Part shown: positions 11,953 through 26,242 of the stretch, in pieces
How positions within the stretch are numbered: the first letter of the stretch is position 1
Layout of the letters: each line of letters begins with the position of its first letter
NCBI GenBank assembly: GCA_047495785.1
Contig: JBLDXI010000001.1
Span: 4,836,001-4,900,000 of the forward strand
Direction of reading: 5' to 3'
DNA from: Lepidodermella squamata
Taxonomy: Eukaryota; Animalia; Gastrotricha
Length of the DNA stretch: 64,000 nucleotides
The notes under the pieces: model-generated
The model's input: only the letters and a program-made list of their open reading frames with translations
Told to the model about the DNA's origin: nothing
Databases searched by the model: none
Position numbers and translations under genes: made by a program

Positions 11953-14170
11953 GATGAGCTTGCAGGCTAAAATCGCAAAATTCAAACAACAATTCGACAT
12001 TTTTAAATATTATTGAGCGGGAAATTTTGAAATAAAAAGAATGAATGAACCACAGCGAGTGGTCAATATTTTGATTAATATTGTACAGGATTATCATTAG
12101 GGTGATTAATAGCGACATTTTTGAAGGGCGAGGATGATTTCTAAATAAACGCAGTTTTGTCTCTCGCGGAAAATATTGCACTGAAACTGTTGGGGTTTGC
12201 TATAAATACGTATTAATAATTCAGAATTTTGCGCTCGCACGGTGCCACATGAGATTGGCGCGACTTTAGCGCGACTTTATCCGGCGTAAGATGAGCAGTG
12301 CGGCTCATTATTAAAATAATAATAAGTCATAATAAGAATGGTAACAATAGATCGCAAGTTAATGCCGCGCCAAAAAATTGCAATATTTTTTTGCGCGCGC
12401 ACATAATAATTTTTATTACACCAGTGAGTGTGCGAGGGTGTTTACAAAAGGTGCGTGTGCGCTACTTTTAACAAGATGCGCGCGTGCCATTGCGCAATTT
12501 TCGGCCTCGACGCCTATCAATACTCATCATCATCGCGCGCGCGGCTGATTAATCGGCCGAGCCCGCGCGCGCGCTCGTTCTTTGCGTAAAAGGTATCCAT
12601 CTAACCATCGTGATGGAACAATAATAAACCATCATTGTAACAGTTGTTGAGGTGAACAACGCCCGCGGTAACGTAGCGCGCATCACCGTTTTGTATCGTT
12701 CATCGCTGATTTTGGCGGCTTATTCGCGCCTTAATGAGATGAGCACCTGGTATTTACGAGGATTTATGTTAAATGCGTTATAGCTGGTTGAAAGATGAAT
12801 AATGACATGCCCGTCATAACACTAACGGGCTATCTTCAACACCGCACCAAGTTGCAGCAGTAGTGCATTTCACCTAATACACTGAATAACCTTGCTCGGT
12901 ACCAATTAAGGATGGGTGCAGGCCAAAAGTGATGCCTTTCCCCAGACACTGCGCTCCCGAAATTTTAAGAATAGAAAACAAGGCATCACCGTAGGGTAGG
13001 GTAGTTTTAGACAAAACCACGTTTTCTAAAGATTAAAAATTGGTCCTAATTCTGAAATTCACGGCGTATATGCTAATTTCCGAGTTGTATTGCAAATTTC
13101 GTCACGGATTTTACCTGATTTTTACGGGTCGAAAGCATATTTGAATAAAATTGGACAATAAGTACGGGTAACTTTGGGAATATTTCGAAAAAAGTTATGA
13201 GCAATTGGAGGTTCTCTAATCATCTGTTTTCCAAAAAAAACTCAAGATAACAATATTTTTATGAACTCTAAAATTACCAGATGCTCATGGCCCACGACAT
13301 TGACGGCATACATGTGCGCTAATCGATTAATTTCCGTTTTGGATCATTCACCCACACTAAATCAATAACGCGCTGGCAATAAAATTGTAATATATCTATT
13401 ATTAAAGATTTCTTTCACTTCGATTCGGCCATTTGTTTGAATTTTTAGAAAATATTTCAATTTTTCCGAATTGATTTTTTTGGATCGCTAAAATCGCTAA
13501 AAATTACGAGGAATTAATGACTGAGTGGAAACTGAGCCATCATTTAACAGTTTACTAATATCGTCAATCTTTGCAGCCACTTATGAGCAAAAAAGTTGTT
13601 TACCTCGTGGATATTTTGCTGTTTTGACGCAAATAAACAACAGTAATCCATGATTTCCTTACCTTTGTATTCGAAAAATAAGTTGTAGATCAGCATCTCG
13701 CATTAGGAATTAAGTAGGTCTTGCCGATGGCTCGAATACAAATAGCGATAAAAACAAGATACTAGAAGCTACATTTTTTCAAAAATTAAGGAAAAAAGCT
13801 AGAATAGTACCTAAATAAGTAAATTATCATGTCTCTATAATTCTTGCTATTAATTTCCGCTTTTGAGACTGTAAAAATGCCATTTAGTGATACTATATAG
13901 GAAGCGATCCTTATCCAATGTATCCTGTTATTGTTCTATTATCGAAAATCCACAGGATAAGGAAGTGCAACTGCCCATGACAAATTTAATCTTGCTGATT
14001 GATAAAAATGTCACAGATTCGCACAGCATCACTATAGTTGCGATGGACAAACAATTGGTTATGCTTGAGTTTATTGAAACACAATGGGGGTATATTTTGA
14101 AAAAAATGATAAGAAATACGTAAACATGTGTTGTCAATTGAAGTATTATTGCAATGATTTTGTGGATGTT

Positions 14171-17100
14171 TCAGTGTTCATGGCTGGTTTCGCTGAATCC
14201 TGTGCCGCGGATCGCCGGCGTGGTGTCGTAGAGAGACGGCGAGCGCAGGAGAATGGCGATGGTGCCGAACATTGAAGCTGCCGTGAAAACAATGAGGAAG
14301 AGGCGGTCGAAAACCCGAGCGACAGCTTCCCAATCGTCCTTCACCTGCAGAGACATCGAGGATTTTGAATTATATTAGGTTATCATTCGAGTAATAGCAG
14401 TATGGATATAGTCTTGGAATTATGGCATAAAGAAAGGAAAAAGATAGGAAGCGTGTGAATGAAGGAAAGCAATGGAAGGGGAAGCGAGGGGAAGCTAAGG
14501 GCAAATGCGGGGAAGATAAAGGACAGGAAGTGGAGTCAAAGGGAAATAAAATGCAACAGAGGAGCAAAGCAGATGGAAGGAAAGGAAAGGAAAGGAAAGG
14601 AAAGGAAAGGAAAGGAAAGGAAAGGAAAGGAAAGGAAAGGAAAGGAAAGGAAAGGAAAGGAAAAGGATTTCCACTTCGAAATTTGACATACCTTTGCATC
14701 GACTGTGCTATCATGGTATCGCGTCGAAATGAACTGAATGCATCTAACTGCGTCCTGTACCTCCGGCAGATGCATGTACTCCTTGATCATCGACATGGTA
14801 TCGCCTAACATCGGCTTCGCAGCTTGACACAGCAAACGCTGATACCGACCAGGCATCTCCGTTGCCTTTCTCCGACTTTTCAAAACCCTGGCCAACTTCC
14901 GCGTTGCCCCAACCCTGCCATGCTGTCTCGGCGGCGACCTGACCGGGGGTAGCCTATCCCCTGGTTTCAACCACCTTCCCATGTGGTACAGCTCGGGCAT
15001 AGACGCGGCGGAGGAGCCGAAATCAAGGCACCAAATCGGGTCTTCGTAAATCGTGTTTTGATAGTGCCGAGATACAGAGGTATCAGTTGAGTCGTCGATT
15101 CCATACTCGCCATATTGGCTACTGCTCGACCCGGTGTCCTCCCACACAAACTCAGGGTCATCGACTAAGTGATTCTCCTCGTCCTCTGGAGTCTTCTGTT
15201 TCGAGAAAATCGTAGTCTGGAACCATAGAATCATTGGCAGAACATCTAGGAACATGTATCGCATCCAATAAGGCATTTTGCAGGCGTAAGGATGTCGAAA
15301 ATGGTTGTAGAGCGTCAAAACAGTGACGGCTATCGACAGTGTGACAAGAATCATGGTGAACAACAGGTACTTGCCCATTAGCGGTAGGACAAGCGAAGTC
15401 GGCGGGATGATTTCTGATAGCAACAGGATGAACCATGTTAGTGACAACATGGTTGAGATCGAAAATGCGACTTTTTCACTGCTCTTCGCAGGTAGGTAGA
15501 AGACCAGGACTGTTATGATGGCTGAAAACAAAAATGATTTCACAAGATAAGGAATCCATCATTTGGGATAAGGAAGAATTATAATCCGAGGACTAAGGAT
15601 GACCGTCATTCCCTATAGTATGGAAAGAGGCTTTGGTTCTCGTAAATAACCCAATGAAGGACCCCTTGTTCCCATCGTTTAGCTAAACTTCCCCCGTATG
15701 TCAAAGTTGAGGACATAACAAAGGACTCAGAAGATTAAGCTGAGATGGAATTATCCCTATCTTTTCATTGACTTACCTATCATGACGCAAGGAATGATGA
15801 GGTTGATGGTGTAGAACAAAGTTCTTCGTCTGATTTTGATCATGTAAGTCACATCGACGTATTCCTCGGCACAGCAAGGATATCGGAAAACTTTGCGAAG
15901 TCCCGTGATTTCCATCACGTCCCATTCGACAGACTCGTAGAAGCCGGACATGTCTGCTTTCGTGTTGTCGTCCTTGCTGACTGTTCCGTCAGGTTGCAAC
16001 AGCAGGTAATCGACTTTTGACACGTCATAGGTCCAAGGTCCAAACTAGAGGAGGGACAAATTAATCAAGGAAAAGTTAGGCTGAATGTCTGGTCGATCTT
16101 ACCTTCATTTCGCAAAGCTGGGAGTCATAAGGAAAGAACTCGACGTCAATGGCGCAGAAGGATTTGTACATTGCAGGTGGCTCCCAAACTACCTGTTGGT
16201 GAGGAAATGATGATATAGAAACTAAATCATATTCAAGGACGATAGATCCCATAAGGTTCCAAACTGGTTTGAATCAGCGTAGAAGCAGTCTATTTTAAAT
16301 TCAAGAACAGCATAGATTCAATGCGGCGGACCCATCATTAATCTCATTTTTACGAAAAAAATTTTCAGTGGAAATTTTGAAGCCAATGATTGTAGGTACT
16401 GAAAGGATTGAATTCAGCAGTTCAGAACTTCGAAATCTACTTATAAGCATTAATTTTGCGTTGGTTGGGAGTTGCGGCAAAATCACTTCGAAAATCACTT
16501 TCGTCTTACAAGTATCTGCCCCCTACTGGAATAAAGCTGGAACCCTGATCAGGACCAATCAGTAAAACGCATCCAGCTAAGGTCTTGGCAAATCCGACTA
16601 TGGATATGGTTCCAAGCAGGTACCACTTTGGAACCCACTAGAAGTGCTCTATTCCTAAATTATGAAATAAGTCAACCCTAACCACAAGTGGAGTGAATTT
16701 TTCCTAGTTTCGTGGTACCACGCTGGTACCATTCAGTACAAACTTGGAACCTGGGTTAAATCGTATGTAAAACGCACCAATCCATCGTAGCGAACTTCGA
16801 TTTTCGTGTGAATCGTGATTTGGTAGTCACCATCCGCGTTGTTGTACAAAACGGTATCCGGCAGCCAAATTTCATCGGCCGGAATGTAGAGTGACTCGAT
16901 GCCACCGAAAGACGCCGGGTCCCACGTCAACCCGGAATCGTACCACTCATGCCGCAGCCATACGTTCGTTGTCATAATTTGGTTCTTCTCATCCACATCG
17001 ACAATCTGCGTCAACTTCATGAGTAAGCGAATGATGACAGTGTCACCCGTAGTGTTGACGGGAAGCACGTGGTAGTTGTAGTTGCGTAACAGGGTCGCGT

Positions 17101-17311
17101 AAAGGTAAGGCCCCGGGTTGTCAGGGGTGACACGGTCGAAATGCACCTCAGGGTGCAGGCGACCATACTCTGGATCGCTGTGGTAAATCGACAGGCGGCG
17201 ACGGGAGAAAATGCCCAAGGCACTAGCTGCCAGGCGAGTTTCGTGGCTTGAAACAGCGCTGAACGCCCAGCAGAGTGAAAGAGCTAAGCAGGCCAATTTG
17301 GGATCTCTCAT
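14171..17311 (-). CDS. Nicotinic acetylcholine receptor alpha subunit B, 5 exons (17311-16778, 16192-16103, 16044-15777, 15521-14692, 14344-14171)
   Basis: Signal peptide, [36 protein letters not shown], loop [10 protein letters not shown]1-M4. Close paralog of alpha A. Confidence 0.93.
14579..14663 (+). repeat. (GGAAA)n pentanucleotide microsatellite in the last intron of alpha B
   Basis: About 17 perfect units, preceded by a purine-rich tract from ~14430. Confidence 0.95.
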
Positions 17312-19009
17312 AATAGCTAGAAAAAACATATAATTGTTGCGTCAACTGATGCTTGGTCTTTTCGTTCAAAAATTCTCGACTCTAATAAATTCTTTATCGA
17401 CTTCGAGGTATCGGATCGAAGTTTCGAAGCCTAAATCAGAAACTGTCAAACCTAAATAAATCCGAAGAGTTAATGAGAAATTCTTCATGAAAGAAGGCAT
17501 GATTTTAATTAATTAATTAATTTAATTATTTAATTAATTATTTAATTTCCGAGTTCAGGTCGGCTGAGATAGAATAGAATAATCGCGGAACGGGAAATTC
17601 CTTTTTTTCCCATTGATGAGAAAAGTAAAAATTCAATGCCCTGAGGATAAGGCCCTGATATTTTAACCACTAAATTGAGGTTCCAGCCTTATACAGAATT
17701 GTAACGATTCGTTTGCGATTTTGAAAATGTCAAAATGTTGCCCGTAATGATGACATTGACCTCTGTTTGGGTAAGTTTAAGAACCCTTAAAATATTTTCA
17801 ATTTTTCCTATCGAAAATGTTTTCGAAAACAACCATACGATCGATACCAGCTATATGGGTAGATGGCTGGGAAAATATTTTAGGAAAATTCGGAAAATTA
17901 TCACCAAAAGTAACTTGTAGAATACAAGGTTCGTTTGAAAAGGACGAAATGGACCCAGTTATAGGTCTTAAAACCTTGAAATGAATGGGATCGATCGAAG
18001 CTGAGATGTCGGCTTTTTTATCGCGTGAATAGGGAAGAACGACCAATATAGGAAATAAGATACAGATAGGACTGCTCTTGTTGCCTTTTCATTAGGGAAA
18101 AATGCAAGCTTAGGCCGAAAATTCTCGAAAATACCGATTAAGGTCCCCGATGTTACGCGCGGGTTGGATCTAAATCTGCCATTTCGTAGATATTTGCCCT
18201 AAATCGGTATAAGGGCGTTTGATGAGGTCTGCACTTGGCTGATGCAACAAGATATCGGTGGATTATATCGCAATCGAATTCGGGGCATAAGTGCCCACCG
18301 ATGTAGAAGGCATCGTTGTTTTACCGGTCGAGCGTATCATCGCCTGGCCGTTCATTACACCATATACTTACGCGTATATACCTCCTACCTGTTCAACATG
18401 GGCGTTGAAACACAGCAGCCTATATGATATTATAAGTTGCGTTTGATTGATTGCGGCCGCGTTGATTTCGGCGGTGCGGAACCGAAAATTACGCCATCTT
18501 ATCACTTTTTAGCGCGCTCAACTGCGAGCCAGCATTGTTATATTGTTATTACTTTTATTAAGGATAATTCGCTGGTTCAAAAATAACATTGCTGTTTTAT
18601 AGATATTGCCCACGCTTCACGTACAAGCGGTCAAGTTTTATCAGCCGGAAATCGAGATGTTGATTTCCAGGTGCTTTTTCATCCTCCACGTACCTACTGA
18701 TCAATGAAGCGTAACGGTGCTACATTTTAACTCTGTATCGGTAAAATAGCAGGTTATTCTGATCAGGGTCCAAAGATCAAATTTCGCATCCTTTTATTCA
18801 GAAGTTATCTTTTTTTGGCAGCATCAAGTTCGGGATCTTATAAATTATTCCTTAATGTTATCACAAGATTTGCCCTCATTCTTCGTAGGCTGAACCTTAA
18901 ACATTGGAAACTTCCTCACCTTTCCTTTCCTTTCCTTTCCTTTCCCACATTTGCCCTTTTCTTCCTCTTGTGTCCCTTTCATATTGTCATATTGAAAATA
19001 AGTGTAGGT

Positions 19010-19075
19010 ATTTAATTTTATACTATGTCCTCTAGTTTTGTGTTGTGAGAAAAAATGTCGTTCAAACTTCATTGA
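19010..19075 (-). mobile_element. Possible tiny 3' fragment of a CR1-type LINE
   Basis: FFSQHKTRGHSIKL matches the TRGHxxKL C-terminal motif typical of CR1 ORF2; very short. Confidence 0.3.
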
Positions 19076-21565
19076 AAATTGAATTGTTTGGCCAAATGTA
19101 CGTTAGTACTTGCTATTTTTGAATCGCAAATTTGCACGAATTTGTCCTCAGTCAGTAAAACCAGGACCGATATTGCACTTCGTTTTTTGCATCGACAAGG
19201 CACTTGAGTGTTCATGAGCTATAACTATATACCACTTTTAATAAGATGTGACTTGTCCTGAAAAAAGCGCCACCAGAATGGGCCTCATTACGCGCTTTTA
19301 TTGGACCTTTCTGTCAAATGCGCGCTAATTTTTATTTAGTGCGCGCTTTTCGCATTTTATATTAGCATCATTATTATTATTGCGTTTTTTACTCGGCCAA
19401 TTTGTTACGCGAAATCACGTCTGATTTTCTTGTACCGAGTCAAAGGCTGTTATTCTTCCACCATATCTGCCGCATTCATCATCACGGCATGAAAAAAAGT
19501 TATGACTTGCTCAAAGCTAGTAATTATGTTTATTCCGCTAAACTGGTTACATCAGCGGCGATATAATGCTATTAGGTGTGTCGAAAAAGACATATTAATA
19601 TTATTATAAGAAGACTGATAAATTATTATTGGCCGCTAGTTTTTTGTTTATTTATCCCATTTTTCACGAGCCGATGAGTTGCCCACCGCACGTGCGCTAT
19701 CGTTCGATACTTTTTTGTGGCCTTCGCTGCGTATCCTATCTTTCGACGTGGGGCTATATATTATATAACAGAGCGATCATCACCGTCTTTATACAAATGT
19801 GCGGAGAATAATCGCTACCAATGTGTAATAGGTATTTATGCTCGGCCGGTGCATATTTGCGAATGGAGTTGGACTCGCGGCGAGACTGACCGCTACTTTC
19901 GTTACCAAGTTTTAACAATTATTAACTTGAAAATTCCAAGCTGGAAAATATTAGCTATAGGAAATGCTTCCGAACTAAGCTAATTTTTATTGTATTTTGT
20001 CATGAAGCACTCTGTTCGATTTTAGGTCCGACAATTCAGCAACGAATTTTCAGCAACCAGTGTGACATTTCAGCAAAGCAATAATTGCATTTAAATATCA
20101 TTAAGGCTGATTATCGATTTAGTAGCACCTTGCACACAATTTTTTCATCGAGTTTTTCCGATTGAGAATGAGATGAGATTGGATGAGGCGATTGCCAAAT
20201 ATTTTGAGAATTTCGGAAAAATAATTTCTTAGATTTTTGCTTTCCGTAAGTCAGATTTTTCAAAAAATACCGTTAAAATTTGGAAAGTTTTGAGAATTGT
20301 CGCAACAGTGTTCACGCATAGTTTGCGAGTTCAACAACTGTTAGGTATCTTAGGTTAGAAACCACAGTTTTTTCTTTTCGTTCTTGATTGATGTCTTGAA
20401 TTGCCATTTTGAAGTTGAGGGAGTTGGTCTAAGTTGCCAGAGTAAGAATCTGTTTTATTATTAGCGATACCAAATTTCGGAAAAACAATGTGCCCAAAAA
20501 TGACATTTCAATTTTCAATGTTCATGGCTTTTAAATCTTGATACGAAAATTATTTAATATTGGCTCCGCCATTCCTATTTAAAACTATTTTAATTTCATT
20601 TCGCTCATTTCAATCGCTATTAACTGGCTGGCAATTACGTACTAAGATTGCGAAAAATCAGAAGATTCACAGATTTGAAAAGTTCGGATTCTAGCCTCAA
20701 CATTTAAAAAAGGGTCCCGATTCCATTTCGGCCCTCGAAAAATTGAATTTAACATAGCGCCAAGGTAGCTCTAAATTAGAAATAATAAATTGCCACTATT
20801 TTATCTAAATTTGACCTTTATTCGGTAATTGGTCATCGCCGTTCGATATTGCGCGCGCGCACATGTGGTTGCGCAATAAAAAAGATGCGCGCATATTTCG
20901 GAATATAATGTTGCGCAACAATAACTGCGCGGATGTTCCGTCGAATGTTTATACCACCCGCACCGTGACTCGGCACCACCGCACCCTAACCCGCCAGCAT
21001 GCATACTTGATGGTGTATCCACGGACGATGAAAGCGCGGCGCCCAGTTTTACGCACAAACAACGCACGCGGCGGCCGTGTAACTAGTATTTAGTGCTAGT
21101 ATCGAAGCGCGTTGTAAAATCACCATAAGTAATCAAAAATCGTTAGGCCACGCGCGCAGATGTTAACTTTCAGGCGAATAACAAAGCGCGCGCGCGCATA
21201 TATGCATTTTTATGCGCCAGATGCGATTTGCGCGCCATTTCTGAACATCATCATCTCAAATCGCTACATTTTAACCGGCGTGGCCCAGCTCTAATGGCAT
21301 CTTCAGCTAATCACCGGCATGGTTGTCTCGATTTATTATAGTGGTGCTCAGTGTGGTGGTGTTCGCTCGCCTGCCTTGTTATCATTATACCATTACCTAC
21401 CTAAATGAGGAGAGCACCCTGTTTAGCCTCGGCGCACCTTTTTCACCGCCTCGCCTCCGTTAAAGTAGCGCAACATCAGCCACATTCATGAACGAAACTC
21501 GGGCGCGTAAACATCGTACCTATTTCGTATTTTTTTTATCAATTTAGAGAATTTATTTGTAAAAT

Positions 21566-24500
21566 ATGCTGCCGAGTCGAACGGCGCGACTGTCGGCAGT
21601 CATTTTATTGTGGCTCGTCGTATTTACAGGTAAATTTCTCCTGTCTGAATTCACTTGGAACGATGTTTCGCCGAAAATATTTCCGAGCTGCTAACAGATA
21701 AAATCGTGATTTTACACTATTATTCAAAAATGTTCAACAAATTACGTTCGCTCCCGCTTTAGGTCAAGTTTAACTTCGCTAAGCAATATTCTGGGATTTT
21801 TTCCTTTCATTTTTTTAATTTCCTTGCTTTTATTCCAAATTTTGAGATTCCAAATTTGTTTCAACTTCGAAAGTTAAGACGTAAATATTTGGACCACCAA
21901 AAGTGAGGTTCCGGCACTAAAATTAGGCGATTTCGACTTTTCCATTTGGCAATAGAGACCTGGGATGTTTTATTTTTATGCCCTATGGTGCCATATAAAC
22001 AATGTAGGAAAATTATCAATGCCGGTTTCAAAGCTGGTAGATATCAGAAAAATCACTTCAAATTCAATTTCAATTTGAAAAATCGATACGATAGAATCGA
22101 TCTGGGTCCTGTGGATCGAAAATTAACTCGTTAACAGACCACTCGGAGCGCAAGTGCTACGCATGATGACCGAAAAAGTTGAGATTCTAGGGAAGACGCG
22201 AAACTCCAACATCCAATCCAACATAATTTGAAAATGATTGTGATTGAATCTCAAATTTAGACCTGGAAATCAGGATTCGGAAATTCAGGAATAGTTTTTC
22301 AAGGTTAATCTCAAAAGATAATAGTACTTTCTGCTTACCTGATAAAAGATAAAATAGAGTGAATTTATTTATTCTTCGATTAGAGCGAAAACTCAATATT
22401 TTTGATTGTGGATTTCGTATTTTTTGAAGCATAATTTTAACGCAATTTTTGTCATTTTTTCTTAGCGGATGCGAGTGAAAAAGAAGCGGCGCTGGTTAAT
22501 CACCTGTTCTACTCGTACAACCCGTTGATTCGGCCGGCTCAAGATGCCAACGATGTCGTTCGCATTTGCTTCGGCCTGCAGTTGATCCAGCTGATTACGG
22601 TCGATGAGCGCAACCAGGTCATGAAATCGAACGTGTGGATGCGCATGCGGTGGATGGACTACCAACTGCGATGGAACCCGGAAGACTACGACAATATCAC
22701 TGTCATACGCGTAAGCTAATTTTACCTTAATTTTTTACCTAAAATGTAGGAAAGATTGAAAAACCTGAATGAAGACTTCGTTATAGAGAGGTAAACCGCT
22801 CGACGGGTCCGTAGGAAAATTAGTATGTAAGTTGGGCAGCATATTTCTGAGAATGGGCTGAATAGAAAGTTATAAAATTAGGAATAGGAATAACTCTTGT
22901 CCTAGCCGTATGGTGTCGTTAATAATTAGGAATTTTACAAAATATTTAGAAGTAGGGAAAATTCTGAAAATTCTCTGAAAATTCAATTGTTGGAAAATTT
23001 GCTGAACTCCCTTGAATTGGGACTTTCCTATAACTTTTGGAAATTTTCATTCAATTTTCAGGATCGACTTTCGAGTTTATCGAAGTTTGATTAATAATTT
23101 TCACTATTATTATTTTTTCGGTCAAGATTGCGTCCGACAGAGTTTGGCAGCCTGATATTGTGCTATTTAACAATGCCGATGGCAAGTATGAGGTGTCTTA
23201 CAAATCGCGAGCACTGCTCTACAGCAAAAACATCACTTCGCCCGAAGTTTTCTTCCTACCTCCGTCGATCTACAAAAGCAGCTGTAGGATCGACGTCAAA
23301 TATTTTCCTTTCGGTAAGTTAAAAACCGAATTTTCTATACAACTTCATACTCTGGAGGACAAGTAAGGTACAAGTGCCTAATTTGTGATGAAATCAATTC
23401 AATTTAGTCAATTCAGAAGTGAAAATGTCAGAAAATGACCAGGAAAATCGAACATTTGAACTTTTAAAATTGATAAGATCGTTACTCATATTGACGCAAT
23501 CCTAATTGAGTTCACACTTAGGAATCCTATCGAGATAGCAGACATTCCTAAGATAGCTCGTTAATAGGGAAGCAATCGGCATTAGGAATCTTTTAAGAGT
23601 CATGGAAACAGCTGAGAAACAGGATTAACAATAGGATTAGAATATCAGTGGTTTTAAGATCAGGAATAGGAAATACCCGAGTACAAAGTGAGGCTATTCC
23701 TGCTTTCTATCCTATATCCTACAGCAATAACTTGAGGCGATTGTGAATCATTGTCATTGTTTTTTTTCCAATTTTTTAGATCAACAAGAATGCGAAATGA
23801 AATTCGGTTCGTGGACATTTAACGCGGAGCAAGTTGACCTCGAATTCGACGGCGGCTTCCCCTACGTCGACCTTAGCGACTACGTGGTCAGCGGCACGTG
23901 GGACGTCATCGACTGCCCTGGCTACCACCGCAAAATCATCGGCGTCAACGGCGAGCCGAATCGGACGCGAATCGACTTCAAAATCGTACTACGCCGCAAA
24001 ACGCTCTTCTACACTGTCAACTTGATCATACCGTGCGTGCTCATCTCCTTCCTTTCGATCTGCGTATTCTACCTACCGGCAGATGCTGGCGAGAAGATGA
24101 CCCTGTCCATTTCTATCTTGCTCGCCCTGGTTGTGTTTCTGCTGCTGTTGCAAAAGATTCTACCGCCAACGTCGACAACAATCCCACTCATCGCGAGTTA
24201 CCTGCTGTTCACGTTCATTTTGAACATTATATCGATTGTTGTGACTGTCGTTATCATCAACTGGAGCCACAGGACCCCGAGGACGCATACGATGCCTCGC
24301 TGGGTGCGCGTGGTCTTCATCGACGTATTACCTCGCTTTCTACTCATGTCACACCCGTCGCATGAGAAATCAACCCTATTAGGATGTGGGTCACGCCGCG
24401 GGTCATCGAACCAAGACGACAATGCCTACTACTCAGTCGCTGCAGACTCAACTTGTTGGTCGTCATCCCGATCCCAGGAAGTTCAGGACCACGCTAAACA

Positions 24501-24873
24501 AATCGCGCCACTACGCCCTAACAAACCGCCGCCAATGTTCGGCACAAGTTCGGAGCTGGACGCGTCATCCAACCACAAAGTTCTGTTGACTCGTGAGATC
24601 TATAAAACCGTCCAATCCATCCGTTACATCGCGCATCACTTGAAGAAGGAAGATGACTACGACCAGGTGTCGAAGGATTGGAAGTTTGTCGGTTTGGTCA
24701 TCGATCGATTGCTGCTGATTGTCTTCTTCCTCGTAACCACAGGCGGTACAATCGGCATTTTCATCAACAGCCCGCATATTTTCGACATTGTCGAACAGCA
24801 GGCGATTGTTGACCGGTTGAAGCGCATCAAGCATGAGGCGAGTAAAGTTCGTACGAACAGCTGTTTCGAGTAG
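21566..24873 (+). CDS. Nicotinic acetylcholine receptor non-alpha (beta-1-like) subunit, 4 exons (21566-21629, 22466-22710, 23127-23313, 23780-24873)
   Basis: Signal MLPSRTARLSAVILLWLVVFT, YNPLIRP, QVMKSNVW, VWQPDIVLFNNADG, CRIDVKYFPFDQQEC, no vicinal Cys in loop C, AGEKMTLSISILLALVVFLLL M2. Confidence 0.92.
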
Positions 24874-25781
24874 AATGCTCTTCAGTTCAATTTTTTGTTC
24901 TGCTAACTGTTAAAAAAATAATATGACTTCGCATGAAGCAACTACTCATTGTTCAAATGGCGCTTTTTCTCAATAAAAATGTTTTGGGTTTATAAATATA
25001 TTCCTTTTATTCGCAAAATATGTTTTCCAGCAAATTTCATATCACATCATGGATTATCGATATTTAACCATCATCACCGGTTCAACTCTCAATTTGGCAG
25101 CCCAGCGTAGAAGCTTGCCACAAACCACAAAAAGGTTCACACATCGACAAATCGCTCACAAACGTATCCGGTGTACCCGGCGTACCAACACGGCGCGTCG
25201 TTTAGATACAAAACTAACGCTCCGTTGATATTATATGGAAAGAACGATACGCAATCTCCGTCACCACTAGGCTCATCCGGGCCCCACATGCCAGCAAACG
25301 GGACAAATGGAGAGCCGTCGATCCATTGCAAAGTCTTCTGCGGCACAAGAAACGGGCGTTTGATAGCTAGACCAGTCCAGAAAGTCGGGCTGTCAGGACC
25401 AACCTGTCGTATGGCTTGCAGTTCTTCGGGCGTTTTGACCGTCGCCAGCATGCCAGAGCGGTTGAGGCAGCCAGCATTCGCAGTGTCCCAATCAGCGCTC
25501 TCCTCAACGAACAAGTATTGCTTCGTGGCATTGAGACAACGGGATTCGTTGGCGAACACTACGTCGATCGGGTGCTGAATTTCATCCGGGTTGCATCTGG
25601 TAATGTTCGAACGGCATGATACGGCGCCACCGTTCAGAACAGCGACACAGCGAACGAAACCAGGCTATAAAAAGTTTGTATAGGCAGTCTTCCTGATTTT
25701 CTAAAATTATATCTAGCATTATTAGATCAGTAGATCTCCACGCCCTTGAACTCCAATCAATTCCATTTGATTGAAATTGAA

Positions 25782-26242
25782 AACTTTAACTGCCACTAAC
25801 AGACTGCGAGATCCGATATTTGGATCCAAAGCCTGGGTATGTCGAAATTTCTTTTATTTCGGGTCAACAATGCGTCGTTGGGGAAATGCTTGACAGCAAA
25901 ATATAAGCCATGGCCCGGTGGCTCTTTTGACACCAAATTTGGGGCCTAAGACATCAAGGAATGCACAGAAATCAACTTGAAAAACAGTGAAATTTCGATT
26001 GTTGTGCCGTAATCTGGGTCCAATAATCAGGTCCAATTCTTGGGTCTGATTATTGGCTCTAATTTAAAATTTCGACGTTTTTGCACAGTCATTTTGACCT
26101 TCTGGCCCTATGTTCGGTGTCAAAAGAACCGCCGGGCCATGGCCTACATTTTGCCCTACGACGCATCGTTGAGCCGAAAAACAGGACCCAGGATTCGGGT
26201 CCAAATATCGGACCTCGCAGTCTATTTTTGGCAGTTAAAGTG
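25782..26242. mobile_element. Palindromic MITE, possibly piggyBac-type, in an intron of lectin copy 1
   Basis: Arms actttaactgcc..cagactgcgagatccgatatttgga versus tccaaatatcggacctcgcagtct..ggcagttaaagt are imperfectly inverted over ~230 bp; TTAA at the right end. Confidence 0.7.

Noticed and set aside
14370-14808. ORFs with FLSFP / KGKER repeats
   Set aside because: Translations of the intronic (GGAAA)n microsatellite.
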